DNA of 61,770 nucleotides, the filler included, from Bipalium vagum (Eukaryota), in assembly GCA_037834085.1 (NCBI GenBank). It is 3 parts of 3 records of this genome, joined end to end, with 100 filler letters (N's around TTAATTAATTAA, not from the genome) between each part and the next. Parts side by side here need not be neighbours in the genome. Positions count along the whole stretch, not along the records: positions 17,541 to 39,360 come from JBBMKC010231510.1; positions 39,461 to 61,770 come from JBBMKC010223676.1; 1 more part is not named here. One strand, given 5' to 3'. Below the pieces are notes generated by a model. It did not search any database. It was not told the DNA's origin and was given only the letters and a program-made list of their open reading frames with translations. Both the position numbers and the translations under genes were made by a program. Shown one piece after another: positions 28,502 through 40,358 of this stretch (positions are counted from its first letter, which is position 1; the number at the start of each line of letters is the position of its first letter).

Positions 28502-29019
28502 CATCTAGTCACTGGGATATCTACAAGAACAGTTATAATCTTTAGAATGTTCTGAAAAGGACATGTTATTTTCAGTCTTCCTGGACATTATGGAAAATTT
28601 CTTCAAACATGATAGTTATGAAGCTAAAAGATGATAAAGAGAAAGTGCTCTGAGAATTCTGAAGCTTAGTTTTTTTTGCAAACATGATATTTGGGGATTC
28701 AGGGAAGTTAAAAGGATACCGAACGTATAGGTTGCGAAAATTTACGGAAGAACGACTCTAAAATACGTATAATATATTATAATCAATTAAATGAAAAATT
28801 CATATTTTTCAATTTCTGTGTTAAGATCCTTCATGAAATCTATAAAGACAGGTTTGTCTGGATGGTTAGTTTGAAACTTTTAATGAAAATTTTTGGATTT
28901 AAGAGAAACATTAAACATTTGTTATATAACAGATTTATATTAAATTTAAAATATTTGATAAATATACAGTATAATATAATAACAAATAACAATAATAGTA
29001 TAATAGTAATAATGCAAAA

Positions 29020-29069
<50 letters not shown>

Positions 29070-30387
29070 AAAATAATAAAATATAGACAAATAATTGTAT
29101 TAATAATTTATTTTCACAAGATCAGCAAAACAATAAATGTTTGAATAAAAAACATTGACAACACAAATTGTGAGAAAAGGGTAATTAAATATTAATATAT
29201 ATCAAGTTATTATGCAGTCTTTCAGATAATATTCTTATAATTTTTATATAATAACTTTGATTTTTAGAAATGTTTATAAACCAAAAAAACAATCAACCAA
29301 ATATACATATGATGAAGAGCGTTCATTATTTCTCTTACAAGTACTGCCTGGTTTGCATAATGGTAAAGGCCCACAACAAAGGGATATAAAAATAAATAAT
29401 TATATTTTATCAAATTGAGCAAAACCGATCTTAAGCTAAACCATCTTCCCATTTATACACATATTTAAATCATATATTTATAAAATTGTTTTAACATTAA
29501 CTTTTTCATTCATAAAAGTCATGCGATGGAATTTGTAAAATTTTTTTAATCCCTGATTTTGATTTATAGTTAAAAATTTTCTGATAACTTTTTGACGTTT
29601 CGTAAATGATAATAATAATAAACATAATAATAATAATATATTGATCAATGTGGAAAGATCTTTGACGAGGGAGAGTTTGTAAAAAATGTACATTGGGAAT
29701 TTGTCATGTGATGTGTGCTGAAGTGAAAAATATGTCCCGGCAAACTATTGGTAGAAGTATAGAAAATTTAAATGCTAATATAAATAATGAGTTGTTAGAT
29801 ATATTAAATGGATGCTTCCTATATAAGACTGTAATAGATAATCCTCATCAATATTTTTTATAAATAGATGAATGAAGACTCGTTCAAGCTTTGTTCCAAA
29901 TAAGGTTTTCACTTTCATTTTTGAAAATTAAATTAATGATTTTTTTCCAATACTCTCAATTTAAAATTAAAAGAAAGAGTTTCACTTAAAACCTCGAAAG
30001 AACAGGTAAGGTATGTACATTACAGACTGATGTTGTTGTCACTATTATGGGCTTAATACTGTATTCAATATATGAATAAACTTTACATTATTTTGTTACG
30101 GTACATACGATGAGATTAAACTCTGTTAATTGAGAATTTTTGGTAATAAGGATAGCAGTTTCTTGTAACTGAGAAACTGTATGACTTTGTAAAGCACATT
30201 GTAACTATATTTTTAAAACATGTTAAAAATAAATAATAAATAAATAAATTTTTCTTTAGTAAAATCGATTATAATTTACCAAAATAAAATAGTGATTAAG
30301 TATTAAAAACGGATTAATAATTATTTTTATTAAAAAAATAACGTACATAAATTGATAAATGATGTAATAATGAAAACGTAGACTCAC

Positions 30388-30747
30388 CTCGTAATATATA
30401 TCTCAAATAAGGATTCATGAAAGGACTCCAAGACACAAAATACTTCAGTATACTAAACGTGAGGGTCGTTCCGATATCTTTACGAATAAACGCATCGAGT
30501 TTTCCAAAATCTCTATCATCTCGTGCTAGAAGTTCGATTTCTGGTGGATTTGAGTCTTTGAACCCAACCTTTGACAATACTTGTTCATGAATTTGAAGTA
30601 AAGTATGTTTTGGTGTCAAATTTAGACATTGCTCCTCCAGAAAAAGAGTCATAAGAGCTGTCTGATATGGCCAATTTATACTAATACTTAACCATGAGAC
30701 CAGATTCTCAAGCTTGAATTCAATCAGATTTATTCGCAATAGTCTAC
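30388..30747 (-). CDS. KIDINS220: Internal exon of a Kidins220/ARMS-like gene (C-terminal part of the KAP P-loop NTPase region)
   Basis: 360-nt exon bounded by AACAG and GTGAGT. GRLLRINLIEFKLENLVSWLSISINWPYQTALMTLFLEE...LLARDDRDFGKLDAF...MNPYLRYIL parallels Kidins220 [39 protein letters not shown]...LDPKLREII (recalled sequence). Upstream exons are not seen; it could be a paralog. Confidence 0.75.
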
Positions 30748-30817
30748 CTGTTATTAAACAAATAATAAATAAATAAATAATATTTTTAAAAAGTAATTAT
30801 AATATCAATTTATATTA

Positions 30818-30854
<37 letters not shown>

Positions 30855-33404
30855 TTTAGCCGCTGAAGTTTAAAAAAGAAAACATCAGCAGAAATTTAAA
30901 ATTCACGCTTAAATAATTGAAAAAAACGAGAAAAAATATTATTTCAAAATAATTAAAATAATGAATAAACCGATGTCGTTAAAAATAATTAAAATATTTT
31001 TCAATTAAGTTTCATTTATTTTACAACATTAATTTCATATGAAGTTATCATTGGACCCTGTGATACAACAGTCTGGAAATAAAATTAATATTTGACAAAC
31101 TGAATTTATAAATTATTTCTAGACAACAAGTCATCAAATTATATTATTCCCATAACAGAAAAATAATAATATAATAATAAAATAAAACTTTCCAATTGTA
31201 TATTTTGAACTATTTTATTTCTGAAATGATAACTCTCTTTTTAACGGTAGAGAAGTTTGAAAGAAAAATAAAATTATTTTTTAAACCTATTTCCATTTTA
31301 CATATATTATTTTTAGGTGAGTGCTGTGAAAAAGGAAAAACAATTTAAAAATTTATTTCTGTAAAATTATTATTTTCTCAAATAAAAATAAAGATGAAAG
31401 CTAAAAAATGACATTTTGATAATTTTTTTTCTTTTTCACAAAAGTTTTTTTAATTGTATTTTATAAGGATGTAAATATATATTTTATTAAAATAAAAATA
31501 AAAATAAATAAATAAATTAAAAAATTAAAATANNNNNNNNNNNNNNNNNNNNNNNNNNNNNNNNNNNNNNNNNNNNNNNNNNNNNNNNNNNNNNNNNNNN
31601 NNNNNNNNNNNNNNNNNNNNNNNNNNNNNNNNNNNNNNNNNNNNNNNNNNNNNNNNNNNNNNNNNNNNNNNNNNNNNNNNNTAAAAAAATAAATAAAAAT
31701 ATAATAGTCCTTGAAGTTTTTATTAACTTGATGAAAAGAAATAAGCAATTGAAATAAGAAAGTCTCTAATTAATATTATAATCATAATATTTATAGTTCA
31801 CATCAGTAATAAAATATGTACTCATTTGATAAAGGATAAAACATAATAAAAATAAAAATAAAAAAGAAATAAGAGGTTAAGACTAAAATGAAAAAAATAA
31901 TAAAAATATAATTTATAAAATGTATGAATTTCCCATTAGAAAAATCAATTAAAATTTCCATGTAAAACACAGTGATTATTATAAATTAAGAAAGAAAAAT
32001 GATATGTAAAGTTGGGAGGATGTCAAGAAAAATTGACTTTCAAGAGATTTAATTTCCCTAAAACGATAATATTTATAATACGGTTCCTAAACACAACTTT
32101 AATTTTTTTTCATTGAATAGTAATATACGCATGACTGATTAGGGATAAATGGGTCTCCCTGTTAATTGCTGAAATTAGTGATACTATGATATTTATGAAA
32201 TTTGTTAAAGAAATTAGTTAAAATGTCAAAGGAAGTTATTACACCGTGGAGGTCTTTTTAATAAATTTTCAACATTTTACCAATTTCCTTTAACCAAAAA
32301 TAGCATTGTGTTAATTAACTGCAAACAAGACCATAAAAAGTACACAGCGGTTACTGAGAGAAATAGTATAAAGAAGATCGCGGGTAATAAACGTTTTAAA
32401 GTACTTACTTATACTTCGTTTCATATGAGGTAGTCTAAAGTTTAATTAGAGATATCTCACAAAAGTAGAAAGAAAAAACTCGATTATTTCGATCAACGGT
32501 ATCATTTGTTTTAATGAAAAATTAAAATTGAAATATTCAGTTTTGTTTTAATTGAATGAATTTTAAAGTTTTGCTAATAAAATAAATTTACCGTTTTTTG
32601 AAACTGATATTTAATTTTCTTAATGATGAGATAATACCATATATATATAATAATATATAATAAATAATATATAACGATATTTAATCTTTTGGAAGATATC
32701 TTAAAACAAAGTAATCTGAAAATTAAAAAATGCGTGGGTGTAATAGAAAAATTTTTTAAAAATTTAATATTTTTAATAAATATTAAAATGTAAAGTTTCA
32801 AAAATATCAGATTATGAAAAAAGACTCTTAAAGTATTGCGAAAAGAGATTTCGAAAATCCATAATTACTGAATTCTTGCAAAGCTACTCCGAGTGCTTCT
32901 GATACTGGTAGAAAAAGTAATTAAAACGAAAATGTCGATTTAGAAAATCTCAAAATAATATATAAAATTAAATTAATAATAAAATAATGAAACAATGAAA
33001 TATTTTGTAAAATCGATGAAAATTTGTTTCAAATCAAATTCCCGGTGAAACAATTTAAACAAACCTAATTGTAATATGGAATTCATCACTAAATTAAAAC
33101 AAACCGAATAATTCTGACACATCAGAAGAACGTGGTGGATTTTATTTATTTAAGCAAAAAACAGAGAAAGGATTAAAAAAAATCTAGAAATCCTTTCATA
33201 CAAAATATTTGTTAAGTCTGAGGATTTTGAGAAATTATCTGAAGATTAATTTATGATTTCCATTTACAATGGATTACATTTTGTGCAGTAAAACAATATT
33301 TGTTGTGCATTTTCTGAAATTAAGCTGGAAAGATTTTTTTAAACGTATGTAAAATGATTCTTTCGGAAATTTTCTTGATCATGTTATTCTTATTAGTAAT
33401 ATTG

Positions 33405-33407
<3 letters not shown>

Positions 33408-33462
<55 letters not shown>
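33408..33462. repeat. (TTA)n microsatellite
   Basis: About 18 TTA units; shorter (AAT)n runs at about 29023-29055 and 30820-30851. Confidence 0.9.
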
Positions 33463-35114
33463 CACACAACCAATGTGAAGACACAGTATAGAATTATAGA
33501 TTTTATTTCTATGATATCAAAATTTTAATACTTGAGTTCCATAGTTATCAGAATTCTGCTTACTTCTTTTAATAAAATTCAGTGGTTATTAATTTTTTCC
33601 TTATCAAAGAAAAACCAGAGTGATTCTAAAACATGTGCCATTTACATTTTTTGTATGGATTAAATGACGAAAGCCCTACTGCTGGTTTCATCTATGTATT
33701 GCTGTAGCCTGAAAGATATATGTCATGCCTATTTACAAAAGCCAAGTGAAAATGAAGTGATCGTTAAACTTAAGACTTAAGGTTTCTAAGTGCTTAGGAA
33801 CTGATTAAAATGCATTTCATCGAAAAGAGAAAAATATTCACCCAGTTCTGACCGAGGGAGTGAATTATAATCTTTTTAACTTTCTCATCAGTACAGTACT
33901 CGGAAGATGACTTCGCTGCATTTCATAAAGATCACAGAGAACGTTTTTCTTCAGAATCATTATTAATTCAAAATTTAAGTTAGGTTCGCGACAAGGTGAT
34001 ACTACTTAGTAAGAATATTCATATGTGCAATAATGAAATAACTGAATTTTATTTATCGTCTTTTGTCATTACCTTACTATCTTTTATACAAGGATTTTGA
34101 TAGGTCACTATTTAACCAAAATTCTATTACATAACCTAGCACATTACTGTAACATCAATGTACGTATAACTTTAATGACTCGGTATAATGTAAGAGAATC
34201 TGGTTGGGAAATACTGATAAATTAACTGAATAACCCAGAAATTGGACTGCCAGGCTACTTTTTAATTAGTCTTCCGTTGTCCTATCTTAATGCCGTACAT
34301 CTGACTACACAAGAAGACTGTAAAAGTAATCTTTGGATAAATGGTACGAAGGGATAACATTTTCATCCCAAGACACAAATTATTATACAGCAAGGCAATG
34401 GATAATGTAAATAAAAAATTTGAAAATTAATGTTTTTCGTAGAAATTGTTTAAAATATCTGAAGTCGTCTAATAATTATATTGATAAATCCGAAGAATTA
34501 ATAAACCAGGCCTTCATTGTTGAGTAATATTCTTTTATTACAAATATGAAATTCTAAGCTATGTTACTGACATACCAATATTAAAATTCTTAATAATAAT
34601 AATAATAATAAACAGTAGATAGATTTAATTAAAAATAAATAATGCCTGTCAAAGCACTGAGCCAAGTTATATCTTAATGTACAAAAGAATATGGGGTACT
34701 TTAAGAAGTACCGCCATTTAAAATTGGTAAATTTCACCGAATAAAAAGTACACAATCAACCAATGTGTAGAAATTGTTAAACTTTGCTACAAAATGAAAA
34801 ATAGTTTAAACGTTAAACGTAATGGACCCTTTCACAAGAATTAATGCCTTAAATTGGTGATTGAACTTCCAATGGATATTTGGACTTGATTTGGAACTAA
34901 AGGATTAGTTGATATGTAATTTTTCGAAATAAAAAGTAAAAAAAGCAACTACCGTTATTCCAAAAGGATATCCAGACATAATTGCATATTCTTAATAATA
35001 TTTTGTCATATGGGAGTGGATGATACGTAGTTTCAACAAAACAGTGTAACATGGCACTTTGTCAAGGAAACGATATAATTATTACAAATCCAATTTAATA
35101 TTCGCGTTACCTTG

Positions 35115-35158
35115 CACATGTGACGTGATTGGGTACTCAGGTGACGTCACATGACGCC
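35115..35158. promoter_or_regulatory. Candidate cis-regulatory cluster (CRE, M-box/CLEAR-like E-boxes, CCAAT)
   Basis: CACATGTGACGTGATTGG followed by GTGACGTCACATGAC within 44 nt. Confidence 0.4.
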
Positions 35159-36659
35159 ACTAGACTTCTTTTTTGAGAGTTATCTTCATCATAAATAATA
35201 TTATTAATACTTATCGAAAAGCATTTGTTGATTTTAACGATTTATACAAAAAATGGAATAGCAAATAAACATTGTTGTCACCAGAAAAGTTGATCACTAA
35301 TTTTATGTCTACTCAGGACTATTTATATCTTGTGAAACAGTTTTTATATTTCAAGTTAAAAATTATATTTCATCTTAATATATTAATAGTTATAATTAAT
35401 ATTGAGTTTGCCTCATATATAATGAACACCCCATAATTCTCTTGTTGGATGAACTAATTTTTCATAACTGAATCATTATTATAAGACTTCAAATAATTAA
35501 AAGGTCTAACCAGACAAAATTTTATCACATTTTAAACCAAATTCAAGACTGGGTTCGCGGTCGTGTGGAAATTGTCGAAGAATATAAGTGTTAGATATAC
35601 TACCAAGGAAAATATTAATAAAAAAAGTATTAGTAACTTTGTTTTAAAATTAATCTTTGATTACATTGGTCAAAAATGATTTTGATACGGAGATCGGAAC
35701 TGTTGGATTATATGTAATTCGATACGGGGATTATATTAATAAATAATAATTAATAATTCAGTAATTTTCAGTGTGCATTCAACAGATGAGTGAGAGAAAA
35801 TATTTGTGCTCAACTATTTAAACAAACTTTCATATTTCATTATTACTTTTATCAATATTATTCTTTTTTCGAAGCACAAAAAGATATCAGCCTGTCTTCA
35901 TTATCATAAATGTTCTCATTGTGATTTACTCTTCACATTTTGGTAAATTATTTTTATTTCTTCTTTTTTATTAAAATGGTTCTCTTAATTGATTTATTTT
36001 TTTTCATACTACCAATCGGAAAATTTCTATTGTGCTTGTTTTATTCCTTCTCAATGTACTTTGCTATCTTGGTTTCTTTGAATGTCTTAATAATTTATAT
36101 TTTTTTCGAAGAAAAGTTGTTTATTATTGATTTTATCCATTGTCTCACTGCGAATAACACCAAGGTGTCAGCTTTCCAGAAATATTATGTCTATATTTTT
36201 ATGAATTACATTGAAAAAAAACAATCATTTTTTACCTCAGTCTTAAAAAACTTTTAGAATATGGTCGATGTTTTTTATGGATTTTGTTGATTTTTTGTTT
36301 AAGTCATTTCAAATATTTTGACTGAAGGTAACCCTTAAAAATCAAACTTCTCTTTGAAAAGTTGTTCTTGAGTCTCGGTCGATATAGTCGATCATATAAT
36401 GTTAACAATGCTCAACAAATAAAGTTTTCTTATTGTAGCCAGAACTTAGAAATTGAGGTTTTGTCACGTATTGATTCGATTTTTAGATTTTATTTTATAT
36501 AATCTTTTTATCTAGAAAAATAAATGAAATATAAACTTTTCAAAGGTTTATTTACAATATACAATATCAATATAACACTATTAGAAATTTGTAATAAAAA
36601 AATTCATTCATTTTTAGGATTAAGTATTACATTTTTTGGTTTAATTTTATATTAATTTA

Positions 36660-37814
36660 TATTAGGTAATCCCATAAGTTATATTTTATTTAAGATCTTC
36701 CTTGAGGCTACTAAAAGCACAAGTATACGTTTATTGTTTTATTAGGTTTTAAAGAAGAAAAAGGTTTAGGAAGTTCATGTCGATCTAACCACTACTAGGA
36801 ACTTTGGCGGATGTTGTACAGGATCCATTTCTCATCATATGTCACAATGCGATCAAGAAAAGGTTCCATTCTGTTGCGCAAAAGAAGTACTGATGACACC
36901 CCAAAGCGACATAATATTTGGTTTTCTGTCAAATCGTGTGGAAACAATTTCTTTAGTTTCTTTGACTTTTCTAATTCTCACAGATGGTTGGAAACAGCCA
37001 TAGCTTTAACACCTAACGTATAGCTAACCTGTCGAACAACTTTACGCGGATAAGTTTCAACCAGTGTCTTCAAATCGTCCATGGAGGTGGAAGATTTTTG
37101 TCCACGACCATCTTTATGTTGAATATCTTCATCTCTGAAACCAGCGTTGAGGGTTTACTAGTTGTATGTTCTCCAAAAATGCGGTTCAGATTTTGAGGGG
37201 TTTGTGTAACACTACCATCCATTTCGTAATCATAAAGGAACCAAAAGAATTTTACAGGATATGTATTGGGAGTTTAACAGGAAGATGAGAAAAGGCTGTT
37301 CAGAACGAAGGAAAATACTTCATTAAATAAAATTTATCGAAAAATTGTCATTTCAAGTGCTGGTAGTATTCTATATACCTTTTCAAAACAAGGAAAATCT
37401 ATTACAGCAGAAACATGCCCAATTAAAGAATATGATAAAGTTTCTCTTTATTAAGTAGCCGAAATTGGTCAATCAAGGCAAACCAATTCTCTTGTAAGAC
37501 AACCTTTGACCACATGTTACCAAAGCAACGCTGCTACAACTGCAGAAGTTTGAACTGATAACTCTCTGTCACCAGCTGGGAAAAAAACTTTCGTGATTTC
37601 ATCACAACTCTATCACCAGACTTCTTCGCTGCTGGAATAAACAAGTTACCATTACGATGGCAGAACTGTGGTGATAGTTTTAATGATTATTTTGATTCTT
37701 TGCTTCTTATATTGTAAATCAAAATGTTGATTAAAATCCGACATTTCATACTTAATGGCGTAATAGTTTACAAAACATAAGGAAAAACGAAATGACTTAC
37801 GAGATGACCTGATG
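36660..37814. mobile_element. Rearranged mariner: paired TIRs, N-terminal half on the minus strand, C-terminal half on the plus strand
   Basis: Minus: LFPHDLTENQ...EPFLDRIVTYDEKWILYN. Plus: PILL*DNL*PHV and FFAAGINKLPLRWQNC. TIRs TATTAGGTAATCCCATAAGTTAT and ATGACTTACGAGATGACCTGATG. Confidence 0.75.
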
Positions 37815-38439
37815 TTTAAATTTATTAAATTAAATAAGAAAATTTTTGAAAAAATATTTCATAATTTTTCATTTTTTTATTATTTCAAGTTTTCGATTAC
37901 AACCAATACAAATAAACGGGGATTGTTGACTTTGACTTGAATTATTGTTCGATTGTCTAAAGACAAATTATTTGCTCTCTTTGTGTTTCTCACTGCTTTG
38001 CTGCTCCATCTTCTTCAGGTTTCACTATCGTCTTATTTTTTCAACAGAATTCTATTGACAAGGACTCCTTACTTTCGGATCCCTGCAGTCATAATTATGA
38101 TATTAATCTAATTCGAAATATCTTTATGAGTTTAGTTGAAGTTTCTAAACCTCAACTCCAAATGTACTTTAACATCAATAATCCCCTATTACTCTCCATT
38201 ATGTGTTCTTATACTCTCGTGCATGTTATTGTATTTTTGTTTTAATTCTTTATATATTTTCAATGATTTTTTAAAGATTAAAATAAAAGGAAACTTATTC
38301 TTATCTTTTTATAAAATATCAAAGAATATAGGCATGTCCACAAACTTTTCCACGATACCATCAATGTAGCGAAATGCGTGGAGAAATATTAAAAAATAAT
38401 TTGAATAATAAATATCCTTTAATAAAACATTAAAACGAA

Positions 38440-39180
38440 TAATGATATGGAGGTCATTTAAAGGAGACGTGAAAAATTAAACATTTTAGTGAAACTGTGT
38501 GGTTGTGGAAAAAAGTTAGTCAAGAGATAGCATTTGTAATTTCACGAAGATACAACGATTCATCTTTTCTTTACGACCTGATTTTCATTGATTAAGCAAC
38601 ATCTTCGATAAATGGATATGTCAACAGACCACAACAGCCGAACTTGGAGCACTAAATCTTCTAAAGAAATTAAAGCACAGTCCCTTAAGTCCGAAAGTCA
38701 CTGTTTGGATGGGTCTTCCAATGTTCTGTTTTTATGGTGCCATTTTTATCATGAAAATGTTAATGTAGAGAGCTGATTAGACATACTTAGGACTGACTTC
38801 ATGCCACATGGCCTCAGAATTAAATCAAAATAGTTTTCAACAAAATGAAGTTCATTGCGGATAATTTTTAGAGCTCATTATTTACATCTTGTAAGTGAGA
38901 TTTGTTAAACAGTAATTTTCTTGAAGATAAATTGGCAGAACTGGGTCGTTCCATTGACGGCAAGATTATCAGACCTAATACCACTCAATTTCATTCTTTG
39001 GGGACAGCTGAAGACAAAGATATATAGAAACGCTTACTTAAGTGTATTAAAATAAATGGTCATTCTGTAGAAGAATAATTTTTATTAAATAAATGCTACC
39101 AAAATTTTCAGAATTGTTACATATATTTTACCGTATTACATTTTAAAATCTGATATTTACTTTATCACACCCAATGTTCT
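38440..39180 (+). mobile_element. Decayed rosa/DD41D-like ITm transposase
   Basis: PLSPKVTVWMGL, IGRTG, RLSDLIPLNFILWGQLKTKIY (the RSPDLTPLDFFLWG type). Confidence 0.65.
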
Positions 39181-39360
39181 AAGAGTATTCCTAGCTACCT
39201 GTAGTATGGCGGTTAATATGCACCTGAACATTGTCTTTTGAGTTTTGATACTTGATATTCCTATGAAGACGGTTTGTTACATATTCAATATTTAATCAAC
39301 GCACCTTAAAGAATTTTATATATTAAAGAAAAGTTATTATTATTATTATTATTATTATTA

Positions 39361-39460
39361 NNNNNNNNNNNNNNNNNNNNNNNNNNNNNNNNNNNNNNNN
39401 NNNNTTAATTAATTAANNNNNNNNNNNNNNNNNNNNNNNNNNNNNNNNNNNNNNNNNNNN
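39361..39460. other. Artificial assembly spacer N44-TTAATTAATTAA-N44
   Basis: Identical to 17441-17540. Confidence 0.9.
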
Positions 39461-40358
39461 GGTCATATGTAGTATATATTTTTTAGTGTTTTCCATTTTA
39501 ATAAATTATTATTCTTGCATTTAATAATGAATTACGTTAAAAAAATATTTTAGAAATTAAATTTACGACTAAAACACAAAACTTTTTGTTTGAGTCTATT
39601 TCAATGGCCAGGTACTGTATATTTGATGTTTTATTTATGAATTGATAATTAGATAATAATTCATCATTTACCTTAAATTTCTCTGGGCAAAGGTGGTAAT
39701 ATTTTGTTTTTTAATGTAACTCGGTAACATACTCTAAATCAACTACGTAAATAAATCCAACAGAATTAATAGTCCTTTCATATTTTATGTCTTTATCTTC
39801 TTCTATTTCCCCGTTGATAGTGGCATTGTCATTCATGAAGAATATAAACTATTTACATCATAATATTTTATATATCTTTCTTTAAAGTAATAACTTAAGT
39901 TAAAGTTTTTATTGCTCCGTGACTCAGTCTTTTATGGAAAATTCTTGTGGGACGTAGTCCTTCCGCGTAAAAAGTTAAAATTATTCATTACACAATCCCA
40001 CTCATATTTTTCTGGTATATAATAATGATCAAAATGTGAATTAGTTAATTTATTATTTTATTTTATTTTTCGTTTACTGAGAATTGAAGACAAACCTCCT
40101 TTTTCAATTAATAATAATTGATCTTCTTCGAAATATTTTAATTTTACATTTGTAATTGCATTCCAAGTTAAACCTGGGGCGGAATAGCAATAACAGGGAT
40201 CAATATCATAATAATTCATATATGTATTTTTAAAATTTTCAAAGAAATCTGTTAAGATTAAAATATCTAATTTCATTTAATGTATGATATATTTTTTTAA
40301 ATTTTCAAACTTTTTATAATCATTAAAAAATTATTTTTATTTAATTTTATTTATTTTT
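39461..40358 (-). pseudogene. Polinton/Maverick protein-primed DNA polymerase B, downstream part (decayed)
   Basis: KLDILILTDFFENFK...YYDIDPCYCYSAPGLTWNA, EKGGLSSI, motif A YDVNSLY, GFIYVVDLEY.TELH...LCPE. Confidence 0.85.
40288..40358 (+). repeat. Left copy of the 71-bp direct repeat flanking the retrotransposon insertion
   Basis: 67/71 identical, ungapped, to 46986-47056. Confidence 0.85.

Noticed and set aside
35880-38400. Possible LINE endonuclease scraps flanking the rearranged mariner
   Set aside because: No diagnostic motif could be read
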